Positions 36,021-45,423 of a DNA stretch of 54,787 nucleotides are shown piece after piece. The translations under genes were made by a program, and so were the position numbers. The stretch is from the NCBI GenBank assembly GCA_028293375.1, contig JAQGOY010000268.1:1-54787 (forward strand). Reading direction: 5' to 3'. Each line of letters opens with the position of its first letter. The stretch's first letter is position 1. The notes beneath the pieces are model-generated. The model was not told the origin of the DNA. It did not search any database and was given only the letters and a program-made list of their open reading frames with translations. Source of the stretch: Verrucomicrobiales bacterium (lineage in GTDB: Bacteria > Verrucomicrobiota > Verrucomicrobiia > Limisphaerales > JAQGOY01).

Positions 36021-37568
36021 ATGCTCACCCCCTTGATTGGGCTGGCCACTACTCCACTGGATACAGGCGATTGGGTCGTTATCGTCCTCTATTTGGTAGG
36101 CATCATTCTTATTGGAGCGTGGTTCGGTCGGGATCAGAAGAACACACGCGATTATTTTCTGGGAAGCAAAGACATTCCCTGGTGGGGAATAGGCTTGTCG
36201 ATCGTAGCGGCGGAAACCAGCGCGCTGACTATCATTGGAGTTCCTGCCATCGCTTATGGGAATAACCTGAGTTTTATCCAACTAATCATCGGTTATGTCA
36301 TTGCTCGAATCATTCTTGCGGTGGTCATGGTCCCCCACTATTTGAAAGGAGAGATCTATTCCCCATACGAGCTCTTTTCACGTGCGTTTGGAGCACCTGC
36401 AAGGAAACTGGCAGGAGCATTTTTCCTGATTAGCGAAACCCTCGCCGCCGGGGTCAGGGTCTACGTGGCCTGCATTCCGATTAGATTAATGATGGGAAGC
36501 ACGGTTTTTTCATTTGGCGGTGCGGATCCCATAATCAGCGCCATTATACTGTTTGTTCTTTTGTCTCTTTTTTATACTTACATCGGCGGTGTGAAGGCGG
36601 TGATCTGGACTGATGCCATCCAATTTATTCTCTTTCTCGGCGGCGGAATTTTCACATTATTTTATATTCCGCACCTCGTTAACGGAGGGACGGCTGAAAT
36701 AATAAAAACAGCGAGTAAAGCAGGTAAACTAAATTGGTTTGTTTCAGGCTTCTCGTGGGAAATGCCAATCAATATCTGGATGGGGATCATAGGCGGAACT
36801 TTTATGGTCTTATCGTCCCACGGGGCGGAGCAGCTTATTGTTCAACGCGTCCTGGCCTGCAAATCCGTCGCCGATGGAAGGCGAGCTTTAACATTAAGCG
36901 CCCTTGTTATTTTCCCTCTTTTTCTGGTTTTCTTGTTTACTGGAATATTCATTTGGGCCTTTTACCAGCAACACTCCATGGCCATCCCTCTTCCGGAATC
37001 CAGCCCGGGCATAAAGTCGGTTGATTTCATCTACCCCATTTTTATCCTTACTGAAACTCCCACTTACCTGAGGGGGTTTTTAATCGTGGCAGTTTTGTCC
37101 GCAGCCATGTCCTCCGTCAGCTCGGCCTTAACTTCGCTTTCCTCAGTCTCAACAATGGATTTTGCGAAAGAGATGATGGGAGAAAAAAAATCAGAATCCT
37201 TTTATCTGCGCCTGAGCAAAGCCTCCACACTGTTTTGGGCCTGTTTCCTTGTCATTGTAGCTTACCTGAGTAGAAAGGCGCCTTTTGTCCTGGATGCGGC
37301 TTTTAAATTGCGAGGTTTGACCAGTGGCGCTCTCCTCGGCGGACTGATTCTGGTGGTCTGGTGGAAAAAGGGACGCCCATTCCCGGTGATTGCAGGAATG
37401 TGCATTTCACTCCTGGTTATGATTGGCATTAGCCTTTGGGCGGAAACCTCAACGGATCAAAATCATCATATCAAAGTAGCGGGTTACTGGTTCACGATGG
37501 TTGGTGCTATCGTCACGGTAATTTGCGCATCTACGTTGCGCCTGTTTTTGCATGAAAGGAAGTTATGA
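36021..37568 (+). CDS. Sodium:solute symporter (SSF/SLC5) family transporter
   Basis: About 13 TM helices. GGVKAVIWTDAIQ signature. Confidence 0.9.
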   Translation: MLTPLIGLATTPLDTGDWVVIVLYLVGIILIGAWFGRDQKNTRDYFLGSKDIPWWGIGLSIVAAETSALTIIGVPAIAYGNNLSFIQLIIGYVIARIILAVVMVPHYLKGEIYSPYELFSRAFGAPARKLAGAFFLISETLAAGVRVYVACIPIRLMMGSTVFSFGGADPIISAIILFVLLSLFYTYIGGVKAVIWTDAIQFILFLGGGIFTLFYIPHLVNGGTAEIIKTASKAGKLNWFVSGFSWEMPINIWMGIIGGTFMVLSSHGAEQLIVQRVLACKSVADGRRALTLSALVIFPLFLVFLFTGIFIWAFYQQHSMAIPLPESSPGIKSVDFIYPIFILTETPTYLRGFLIVAVLSAAMSSVSSALTSLSSVSTMDFAKEMMGEKKSESFYLRLSKASTLFWACFLVIVAYLSRKAPFVLDAAFKLRGLTSGALLGGLILVVWWKKGRPFPVIAGMCISLLVMIGISLWAETSTDQNHHIKVAGYWFTMVGAIVTVICASTLRLFLHERKL

Positions 37569-39673
37569 ATACCCGGTTACAGAATTTTAAACGCGGGGGA
37601 ATCCCTCTCATTTGGTTTTTAATCGCGGTTTATTTCCTCTACATTCGAATTCCATTTGTTTCTGCAGAGGAGCCTATTCTTACCAACGTCCTGCAAGTAT
37701 TGAGTCTTCCTGGAGTCGAAAGCAGCAAGGGGTTGGAAGTGCGCCTCAAGGCGGTCATAACCTGTTCCGAACCAAACTTTCCTTTACTCTTCGTGCAGGA
37801 CGACACGGGTGGAATTTACATTTATGGTTATGTCGTAGGTAACGGAACTCTTTTGCATCCAGGCCAGACAGTGGAAGTGGTCGGTAAAACCGGCCGCGGC
37901 CGGTTTTCACCCATAATCTCTCCCACGCAAATACGTGTTGTAAACGAAACACGAGAAGTTCGCGCAGTTCCCATTGATCCTGCAAAACTGCAAAGCGGAG
38001 TATTCGACAGTCAGTATGTCGAAATGGAAGGGGTTGTCCTCCAACAAACAAACATGGCAGGCCAGTTACGGCTTGAACTTTTCAACGGTCAAAAATTTAC
38101 CGTATGGGTCTTGCATTCAACACTCGCTCCTGTGGAAGATCTGGTGGATTGCAAAATTAAGATCCGAGGTGTTGTCGGAGCTCTTTTCCTGGATTCAAAT
38201 CGTCCTTATCAGTTTTTGGTTTATGTCAACGATCAAACCGCCATCACGGTGATCACTCGGCCCCAACCGCAGGGTTGGGCTATCCCTTCGAGTTCAATCG
38301 CTGAAATCGTGCAATATTCGCCAATACGCAAGGATTTACATCGTGTTCATATAACAGGTTCATTGACTTTTTTATGGCCTGGAAGACAACTCTTCCTTCA
38401 AAGCGCAGAAGGAGGCATCCTGGTTAAGACTTCCACAACCAATCATTTCCACTTTGGAGAAATTGTTGAATCGCTCGGATTCCCATTTCGGGCCGCCGGG
38501 GAGCCAGTCCTTGAAAATGCCATACTTCGTGGAACGGGCAAAACCAATGTGCTTACTTGTCTTCCCATCCCTCTCAACAATCTTAATAATTCAACTAACT
38601 GCTCAACCTGGATTGAATCGGAAGGCCAGGTAATGAACGTCAACAGTTCAGATCCAGAATTGTCGCGGGTGCAGCTGGGTGACATCCACGCCAGCATTGA
38701 GCTTTGCCTCTTGCGGGAAAAGGGGGAACCCGTCCCCGATTTCAGGCCTGGCGATAAGATTAGATTTCACGGAGTAGTTCAAACAACGGTTGACGCGATC
38801 ACGCAGAAACCACGCACCGTGGTGTGGTCGACCATGGCAGATTCCCCGCAATTATTGTCGAGAGTGAACACTGTCCTCGAGACTCGCCAGCAGCAGTTGC
38901 TAAAAGCGACGACAACCATACTTGGCGTTGCCGTTGTATTGCTCACTATTACATTATTATTGATAAGACGCTGGGGACAGGAAAGAGGCAGGCTGCTTGA
39001 ACTCACAGAAGCTAAATCGCTGGAAGTCCAGACATTGAGCGAAGCTCAAATCAGAAGGCTGGTTCAGGAACGAGAGAAAATGAGTCGCGATCTGCATGAT
39101 GAAATCATTCAATCGATTTATGCGGTCGGACTAGGTTTGGAAGAATGCAAAAGCCAGCTCAAGAAATCTCCTGAATCCGTCGGAGGACGCCTGGAAAGAG
39201 CACAACAGGCCCTGAATGAGGTCATCAGGAACGTACGAAAATTCATTGCCAACATCGAAGAACGCATCTTGAAAGGCAGAGAATTCAAAACAGCGGTAAA
39301 ATCTTTGCTTCTGACTCTTGGCGAAACCAAGGCAAACCGCATATCGTTGGAGATTAATCAGGAATTGGCGGAAGAACTGGACTCGGGGGTGGCCCTGGAA
39401 TTACTGAACATCACCAAAGAAGCAATCGTAAACGCACTTCGACATTCAGCAGCAAAGGTAATCACAGTTTATTTGCGCGAAGAAAACAACCGGGTGGTCC
39501 TTGGAATACAGGATGACGGAAAAGGCTTCAAAACCAGCGATTTAAGTCACAAAGGCTTCGGGCTTCGCAATATTCGCTCCCGGGCGAGGGAAATAGGGGC
39601 CACATTTGATGTTGAATCTCACAGTGGCCAAGGTACACACATCAGGATAGAGTTACCCGAAACAAACTTATGA
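37565..39673 (+). CDS. Sensor histidine kinase (HisKA_3/NarL-type) with a large repeated periplasmic domain
   Basis: N-terminal TM helix, about 400 aa of extracytoplasmic beta-rich repeats, a second TM helix, coiled coil, H-box SRDLHDEIIQ, and HATPase N/G boxes. ATGA overlap with the symporter gene. Confidence 0.9.
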   Translation: MNTRLQNFKRGGIPLIWFLIAVYFLYIRIPFVSAEEPILTNVLQVLSLPGVESSKGLEVRLKAVITCSEPNFPLLFVQDDTGGIYIYGYVVGNGTLLHPGQTVEVVGKTGRGRFSPIISPTQIRVVNETREVRAVPIDPAKLQSGVFDSQYVEMEGVVLQQTNMAGQLRLELFNGQKFTVWVLHSTLAPVEDLVDCKIKIRGVVGALFLDSNRPYQFLVYVNDQTAITVITRPQPQGWAIPSSSIAEIVQYSPIRKDLHRVHITGSLTFLWPGRQLFLQSAEGGILVKTSTTNHFHFGEIVESLGFPFRAAGEPVLENAILRGTGKTNVLTCLPIPLNNLNNSTNCSTWIESEGQVMNVNSSDPELSRVQLGDIHASIELCLLREKGEPVPDFRPGDKIRFHGVVQTTVDAITQKPRTVVWSTMADSPQLLSRVNTVLETRQQQLLKATTTILGVAVVLLTITLLLIRRWGQERGRLLELTEAKSLEVQTLSEAQIRRLVQEREKMSRDLHDEIIQSIYAVGLGLEECKSQLKKSPESVGGRLERAQQALNEVIRNVRKFIANIEERILKGREFKTAVKSLLLTLGETKANRISLEINQELAEELDSGVALELLNITKEAIVNALRHSAAKVITVYLREENNRVVLGIQDDGKGFKTSDLSHKGFGLRNIRSRAREIGATFDVESHSGQGTHIRIELPETNL

Positions 39674-40323
39674 CAGTTGACATCACAAAGCACATCCGCA
39701 TTTTTCTGGTAGACGACCATTTCGTTGTCAGAACCGGGCTTCGAACGTTGTTGCAGGAGGAATCCGGTTTCGAGGTCGTAGGAGAGGCGGACACCATCGC
39801 CAAGGCGGCGATAGGAATTCAGGCCGCCAATCCGGATGTTATTCTTTTAGATGTTCGATTGCCCGACGGAAATGGTTTCAAACTTTGCCGCGAGGTGCGC
39901 AAAACAAATGCGGATGCCAAAATCATCATGCTTACCTCTTATGCGGATAACGACATCGTTTATGAATCGATGCTCGCTGGCGCGGATGGTTATCTTTTGA
40001 AGGAAATCGACAAAGAGGGCCTGGTCAGGGCCATTCGGGACGTCGCCGATGGCAAATCGATCCTCGACCCTTCCATCACAAAGGCCGTATTGAGTCGGTT
40101 AAAATCCGGGGAAGGGGACCCCAAGGGCCGGATGAACACTCTATCCAACCAGGAACGCCGTGTTTTGGAACTAGTGGCAGCAGGAAAAACCAACAAGGAA
40201 ATCGCGGTGGACCTTGGACTCAGTGATAAAACCGTAAAAAACTATTTAAGTAATGTATTGGATAAGCTTAAACTTAGTCGGCGTTCCCAGGCGGCTGTCT
40301 ATTTTACTCAGCATGGCCACTGA
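39670..40323 (+). CDS. NarL/LuxR-family response regulator
   Basis: Receiver domain (DD...D...K) plus HTH LSNQERRVLELVAAGKTNKEIA. ATGA overlap with the kinase gene. Confidence 0.95.
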   Translation: MTVDITKHIRIFLVDDHFVVRTGLRTLLQEESGFEVVGEADTIAKAAIGIQAANPDVILLDVRLPDGNGFKLCREVRKTNADAKIIMLTSYADNDIVYESMLAGADGYLLKEIDKEGLVRAIRDVADGKSILDPSITKAVLSRLKSGEGDPKGRMNTLSNQERRVLELVAAGKTNKEIAVDLGLSDKTVKNYLSNVLDKLKLSRRSQAAVYFTQHGH

Positions 40324-40385
40324 ATCTGCATGACAATTGAAATGGGAATTTCAGTGGGAGTCGAATTCTCCCGGTCGGTGATTCT

Positions 40386-40847
40386 ATGAAACTTTTAAAT
40401 CGAACCATCCTGCTCGTGGAGGATAGCCAGGACGACGTTTTCTTTATGAACAGGGCTTGTAAAAAAGCGCTTGTCACAAATCCGATAAATGTTGCCCAGG
40501 ACGGCCAGGAGGCTATCGATTACTTGTCGGGCGAGGGAAAGTTTAAGGATAGAAAACAATTTGAGCTCCCTGCCGTCGTTCTGCTTGACCTCAAATTGCC
40601 GCATAAAAACGGTCTTGAAGTGCTCCAATGGATCAGGTCCCGACCCCAATTCAAAACCTTGATCGTGGTCCTCCTCACTTCCTCGAGAGAAAATCGTGAC
40701 GTGGAAGCTGCATACAAACTCGGCGCGAACGCCTTCCTGGTGAAACCAAGCCATTTTGATCACCTCGTGGAAATGCTCAAAGCCTTCAAGGTCTTTTGGA
40801 TAGATCAGAATGAGTTTCCTGATTCGATCAATTCTTCCGAAACTTGA
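40386..40847 (+). CDS. Single-domain CheY-like response regulator
   Basis: ILLVEDSQDD...VLLDLKLP...LTSS...AN.FL.KP. Confidence 0.9.
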   Translation: MKLLNRTILLVEDSQDDVFFMNRACKKALVTNPINVAQDGQEAIDYLSGEGKFKDRKQFELPAVVLLDLKLPHKNGLEVLQWIRSRPQFKTLIVVLLTSSRENRDVEAAYKLGANAFLVKPSHFDHLVEMLKAFKVFWIDQNEFPDSINSSET

Positions 40848-40940
40848 GCCGTAAAAGTTGTCTCAACATTACATTGGCGTTTAGTTTTGGACGCCAAAAG
40901 ATGCTTTGAAGAAAACCTCAACTGGGTGTAAAAATGAAGC

Positions 40941-41564
40941 ATGAACGGCAACTTTTCCGCCATGCGAGCCACGGCCGATGACTTGCCTGAATTAAGCCGA
41001 TTATGGGTTGCCTGCCATTTGGACCCCGCCAGCCTTTCGGAGCGATTTACGGAATTCCAATTAATTAAAAACGGGGAAGGCAAAATAGTGGGCGCAGTTG
41101 CATTAAAAATAACCGGCACTGAGGCGGTGATGCATGGCGAGTCCTTTGCGGATTTTGCTTCCACCGATTTGTTGCGCCCATTGCTTTGGGAACGTCTTTC
41201 CAAGGTCGCAACCAATTACGGTCTTTACAGGATCTGGACGCAGGAGGAAGCCCCTTACTGGCGCAAATCCGCCGGGTTTGTGCAGCTCGCTGAAAATCAA
41301 TCGAATGAAATACCAAAGTGGTTCGCCAGCAAAAGCTCCTTTTGGCTATCCCTGAAATTAAAAAGTGAGTCCGCTTCTCCGGTAAATATTGACCAGGAAT
41401 TTGAGCGCTTCCGAAAGTCTGAACTGGAGGAGCGCGAAAAAATCATGGACCAGGCCATCACCTTGCGCTGGATCGCCTATATTCTTTGCGGCTTGTTTAT
41501 TGTTTTTACGATAGTCGGTGCGGTCATTTTATTCCGGCACGGCAAGCTGATTCCCCACCATTAA
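40941..41564 (+). CDS. GNAT-like acetyltransferase domain protein with C-terminal TM helix (tentative)
   Basis: Weak GNAT-like core (IVGAVALK...YWRKSGF). C-terminal helix IAYILCGLFIVFTIVGAVILF. Confidence 0.4.
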   Translation: MNGNFSAMRATADDLPELSRLWVACHLDPASLSERFTEFQLIKNGEGKIVGAVALKITGTEAVMHGESFADFASTDLLRPLLWERLSKVATNYGLYRIWTQEEAPYWRKSAGFVQLAENQSNEIPKWFASKSSFWLSLKLKSESASPVNIDQEFERFRKSELEEREKIMDQAITLRWIAYILCGLFIVFTIVGAVILFRHGKLIPHH

Positions 41565-42965
41565 TCAAAACATTTTCCCCGGGTTAAGTATCTCTTTCGG
41601 ATCCACAGCCCTTCTAAAGGCTTTCATCACTTCCACCGGCAGTTCTCCGATTGCCCGAGGCAAAAAGGATTTTTTCGCAAGGCCCACTCCATGTTCACCA
41701 GTGATTGTTCCACCCAACCGCACTGCCTCTTCGAAAATTTCGTGAAAAGCCAATTCCACTTTGTGCATTTCACATTTGTTTCTTTCGTCAGTGAGGAAAG
41801 TGGGATGAAGATTTCCATCCCCCATGTGCCCGAACGTCCCAATCGTTAATTGGTATTTTTTCGCGGTTTCTTCAACAAACCGTATCATCTTTGCCAATTC
41901 GCTACGGGGAACTGTTGCGTCTTCCAGGATGGTGGTAGGCGCGACCCTGGCCAGGGCTGAGAACGCCGATCTGCGCGCAGAAGCCAACCGGTTTCCCTCT
42001 TCGTCATTGGCCGCGATTCGCAATTCCAAGCACCCTTTTTCGTTGCAGATTTTGGCCATTATTTCAGTTTCTTCAGCCACCACAATGGGATGTCCATCGG
42101 ACTCGATCAATAGCAGCGCTTCGCAGTCGAGAGGCAACCCAATTTTGGCGTAATCCTCAACACATCGAATCGTCATACGATCCAAAAATTCAAGTGTGCA
42201 CGGGATGATCCTCGCCGCGATAATCGCTGACACGGTTTCGGCAGCGGTATCCATCTTGGCAAACGTTGCCATCATGGTTTTTTTTGAGGCTGGTCGTGGT
42301 ATCAATCGAAGCAGAACTTTGGTGATAACTCCCAGCGTCCCTTCCGAACCAACGAACATGTCCTTCAAAGAATATCCCGCCACGTCTTTAACACACTTGT
42401 TCCCCAACCACATAACCTCCCCGGTTGGCAATACCACTTCCAGCCCCATCACATAATTTCGCGTCACGCCATATTTCAAACCACGAAGTCCACCCGAATT
42501 TTCTGCCACATTTCCCCCTATTGTGGAAATTTTCATCGATCCCGGATCCGGCGGATAGAACAATCCATGGGCGAGTGCGGCATCGGCAATGGCCAATGTT
42601 GTGACTCCGGGCTCCGTCAACAACGTTAAATTCGCAGGATCCGTTTCCAGAATTTTATCCATTTTAACTGTGCAAAGGACAATGCACCCAGGAACAGGAA
42701 CGCTTCCTCCGCTCAACCCGGTTCCCGAGCCTCGTGTGACAACCGGAATCAATTTGTCATTAGCAAACCGAAGGATTTTTGAGACTTGTTCAGTCGACTG
42801 GGGAAACACGACGCACAATGGCAGCTGTTGTATCGCGGCCGTGCCATCAAAAGAGTAGGGGATAATATCTTCCTGGGAAGAGACCAGGCAGGCATCCCCT
42901 ACGATTGCTTCGAGTTCCCGGAGAAAATTAGCGTTCGCAGCCAAAGGGTCAGGCATTCGAGTCAT
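41565..42965 (-). CDS. FAD-linked oxidase (GlcD / D-lactate dehydrogenase family)
   Basis: PCMH-type FAD domain VVTRGSGTGLSGGSVP. C-terminal GTITGEHGVGL. Confidence 0.9.
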   Translation of the reverse strand: MTRMPDPLAANANFLRELEAIVGDACLVSSQEDIIPYSFDGTAAIQQLPLCVVFPQSTEQVSKILRFANDKLIPVVTRGSGTGLSGGSVPVPGCIVLCTVKMDKILETDPANLTLLTEPGVTTLAIADAALAHGLFYPPDPGSMKISTIGGNVAENSGGLRGLKYGVTRNYVMGLEVVLPTGEVMWLGNKCVKDVAGYSLKDMFVGSEGTLGVITKVLLRLIPRPASKKTMMATFAKMDTAAETVSAIIAARIIPCTLEFLDRMTIRCVEDYAKIGLPLDCEALLLIESDGHPIVVAEETEIMAKICNEKGCLELRIAANDEEGNRLASARRSAFSALARVAPTTILEDATVPRSELAKMIRFVEETAKKYQLTIGTFGHMGDGNLHPTFLTDERNKCEMHKVELAFHEIFEEAVRLGGTITGEHGVGLAKKSFLPRAIGELPVEVMKAFRRAVDPKEILNPGKMF

Positions 42966-43159
42966 TCATAAAATTAACCTGCTCAAAGTTCCGAGCTGCA
43001 AGCATTAAGAAGAAGTTTCGAAGAATCAGAAGCATGCCCTGAGGAGCGGCTAGGGTAAAGTTCCGCAATTATGTAGAGGTATCTCTGTTGGCAATTCGCA
43101 TACATGTGTCTAACCTAGGATGATCGAAACCTTACCCGTAAAGGCTTCCAAAACAATCT

Positions 43160-44647
43160 ATGGATACTGACATTTTTCTCCCTAACGAACCGATTAAGGT
43201 ACTGCTGGTCGACGATGACGAAAATGCGCAACTTCTGACCACACGTCTCTTGTCGAAAGTCCAGGGAAAGAAATTCAAGGTGGACTGCGAAAGCAGTTAC
43301 GAGGAAGGACTCGAAGTCATTCGCCGTAAACAACACGACGTCTACCTGCTGGATTACCGCCTCGGTGCCCGGACCGGCCTCGAATTACTCAAGGAAGCGG
43401 TTTCTGCCGGAGTAAAAGCCCCGCTGATCTTACTGACTGCGGCGACGGATCCTAAAGTCGATTTGGAAGCAACGCGTTTCGGCGCCACTGATTTCCTTCT
43501 CAAAGACCGCCTCGACTCGGTCACACTCGAGCGCTCCATTCGCTATGCCCTCCAACATTTTGCCACCTTGCGAGCCTTGGAGAAAAGTCATGAACGCTTC
43601 CGCCTCCTTTTCGAACGAAGTATGGACGCCATCCTGATTTCGGACGACAGCGGAAACTTTTTGGAGGTGAATTCTGCTGCCTGCGAATTACTGGGATACA
43701 AAAAAGAAGAACTGCTCGCCAAAAACTTAAAATCGCTGATTGCGGTTCCATCCGGCAACATTGCGAAAATGGAGAACCAGGGATACGGGGAACTTACTTT
43801 TGAAACCAAAGATGGAGAACGTAGATTCGCAGAATTTTCCGCCTGCCGGTTTGCACACAATTTGAACCTCTGTATTTTACGCGATATTACCGAACGCCGT
43901 AATTTGGAACGCGAAATCCAGGAAATCAGCGAACGGGAACAGCGAAGACTCGGCCAGGATTTACACGACGGGCTTGGGCAGACACTCACAGGAATTGGAT
44001 TTTTGACCAAGGTTTTGCAACAAAAACTGGCCACAAAGGAGCTGGAGGAAGCCAACGACGCATCCAACCTCGTCAAACTCATGAGCGAAGCGCTTTTGCA
44101 AACTCGCGAACTGGCCCGCGGACTGTGTCCTGTTGTTCTGGAAATGAACGATCTACACGCGGCTTTGCAGCAGTTATCAGTCAATCTGGAAAAAATATTT
44201 GGAGTTTCTGCCACTGTTGAATTTGATTCAGGAATTAAAATCAAAGACAATAACGTAGCCATCCATCTCTATAGAATCGCCCAGGAAGCCACCACCAATG
44301 CCATCAAGCATGGGAAAGCCGCAAAAGTAAATATCAGCCTGCTGAAGTCCTCTGGAGGCACGACGTTGAAAATCAGCGACAATGGCTGCGGTCTCCCCGA
44401 GGCCAAACTCAAGAACAAGGGAATGGGACTTCGCGTTATGGCTCACCGGGCAAGAATGATCGGCGCAAATTTGAGTATCGATCCAAATAAGGGTTGCGGC
44501 ACGGTTGTTACCTGCGTCCTGAACAAGAGTGGAGCCCACGGACCTGCTGCTCCGACGGACAAAAGCGCCAAAAGAGAGACTCCGGCGGCTACCGCCAAGG
44601 CCAGGAAAACAGAATCACGTTCATCTAAATTGGAATCCATTCCCTGA
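43160..44647 (+). CDS. Hybrid receiver-PAS-histidine kinase (HisKA_3 type)
   Basis: N-terminal receiver (VLLVDDDE...LLDYRL), PAS (FRLLFERSMDAILISD), H-box GQDLHDGLGQ, HATPase. Confidence 0.9.
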   Translation: MDTDIFLPNEPIKVLLVDDDENAQLLTTRLLSKVQGKKFKVDCESSYEEGLEVIRRKQHDVYLLDYRLGARTGLELLKEAVSAGVKAPLILLTAATDPKVDLEATRFGATDFLLKDRLDSVTLERSIRYALQHFATLRALEKSHERFRLLFERSMDAILISDDSGNFLEVNSAACELLGYKKEELLAKNLKSLIAVPSGNIAKMENQGYGELTFETKDGERRFAEFSACRFAHNLNLCILRDITERRNLEREIQEISEREQRRLGQDLHDGLGQTLTGIGFLTKVLQQKLATKELEEANDASNLVKLMSEALLQTRELARGLCPVVLEMNDLHAALQQLSVNLEKIFGVSATVEFDSGIKIKDNNVAIHLYRIAQEATTNAIKHGKAAKVNISLLKSSGGTTLKISDNGCGLPEAKLKNKGMGLRVMAHRARMIGANLSIDPNKGCGTVVTCVLNKSGAHGPAAPTDKSAKRETPAATAKARKTESRSSKLESIP

Positions 44648-44755
44648 AGCAGAACTTTGCCAATTCATGAAAAAGCCTCGTAGATGGGCAGTTTTTTAAA
44701 AAGGGGATTGGCAAACAACTTGAGATTCTCTGGCGGGGGCTTATAAATTGGGCTC

Positions 44756-45394
44756 ATGAAGCTTTCACTGCTGCTCTTGCTGGGAATCATCATTACCTCA
44801 GGCTGCGCTCAAACATCCCGAAGCGGTCGTTCAATATCGCTTTTTGATGGGAAGACTTTTAACGGTTGGGAAGGAGAAACCCAAACGATCTGGAAAATAC
44901 GGGAAGGAGCCATTGTTGGAGGAAGCCTTGCCGCAAAAACTCCGCACAACGAGTTCATTAAAACCACCCGCCCCTACACGAACTTTGTTCTGGAACTTAA
45001 ATTCAAGCTGGTGGGAACAGAAGGCTTCGTCAATGGCGGTGTTCAGTTCCGCAGTATTAAATCGACCAAACCAGCTTATGAAATGATCGGGTATCAGGCC
45101 GACATGGGAGAAGGTTGGTGGGGATGTCTCTATGACGAATCACGACGCGATAAAGTGTTGCAACGACCGGATCCTGTTGCCGTGGACAAGGTTTTGCACA
45201 GACAGGAGTGGAATGATTACAGGGTTCGCTGTGAAGGAAACCGCATTCGAATCTGGTTAAATGGTCTGATGACTGTGGACTACCTTGAACCCGATCCCAC
45301 AATTGCAGGTTCCGGGCTGCTCGGCCTCCAAGTCCACGGCGGTGGACAAACCGAAGCCTGGTATAAAGACATTCGAATCACTCCTCTGCCGTAA
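44756..45394 (+). CDS. DUF1080 (3-keto-disaccharide hydrolase-like) lipoprotein
   Basis: Lipobox ITSGC. LFDGKTFNGWEG...W.I..G.I, YTNFVLELKFK and NGGVQFRS motifs. Confidence 0.85.
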   Translation: MKLSLLLLLGIIITSGCAQTSRSGRSISLFDGKTFNGWEGETQTIWKIREGAIVGGSLAAKTPHNEFIKTTRPYTNFVLELKFKLVGTEGFVNGGVQFRSIKSTKPAYEMIGYQADMGEGWWGCLYDESRRDKVLQRPDPVAVDKVLHRQEWNDYRVRCEGNRIRIWLNGLMTVDYLEPDPTIAGSGLLGLQVHGGGQTEAWYKDIRITPLP

Positions 45395-45423
45395 GAGCTG
45401 AGCTATTGGAGATAACTTATTGG

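Noticed and set aside
44656-44715. 9-bp inverted repeat TTTGCCAAT...ATTGGCAAA flanking a T-rich stretch after the hybrid kinase gene, considered as a terminator.
   Set aside because: The arms are separated by about 42 nt with only weak internal pairing, so this is not a convincing intrinsic terminator.
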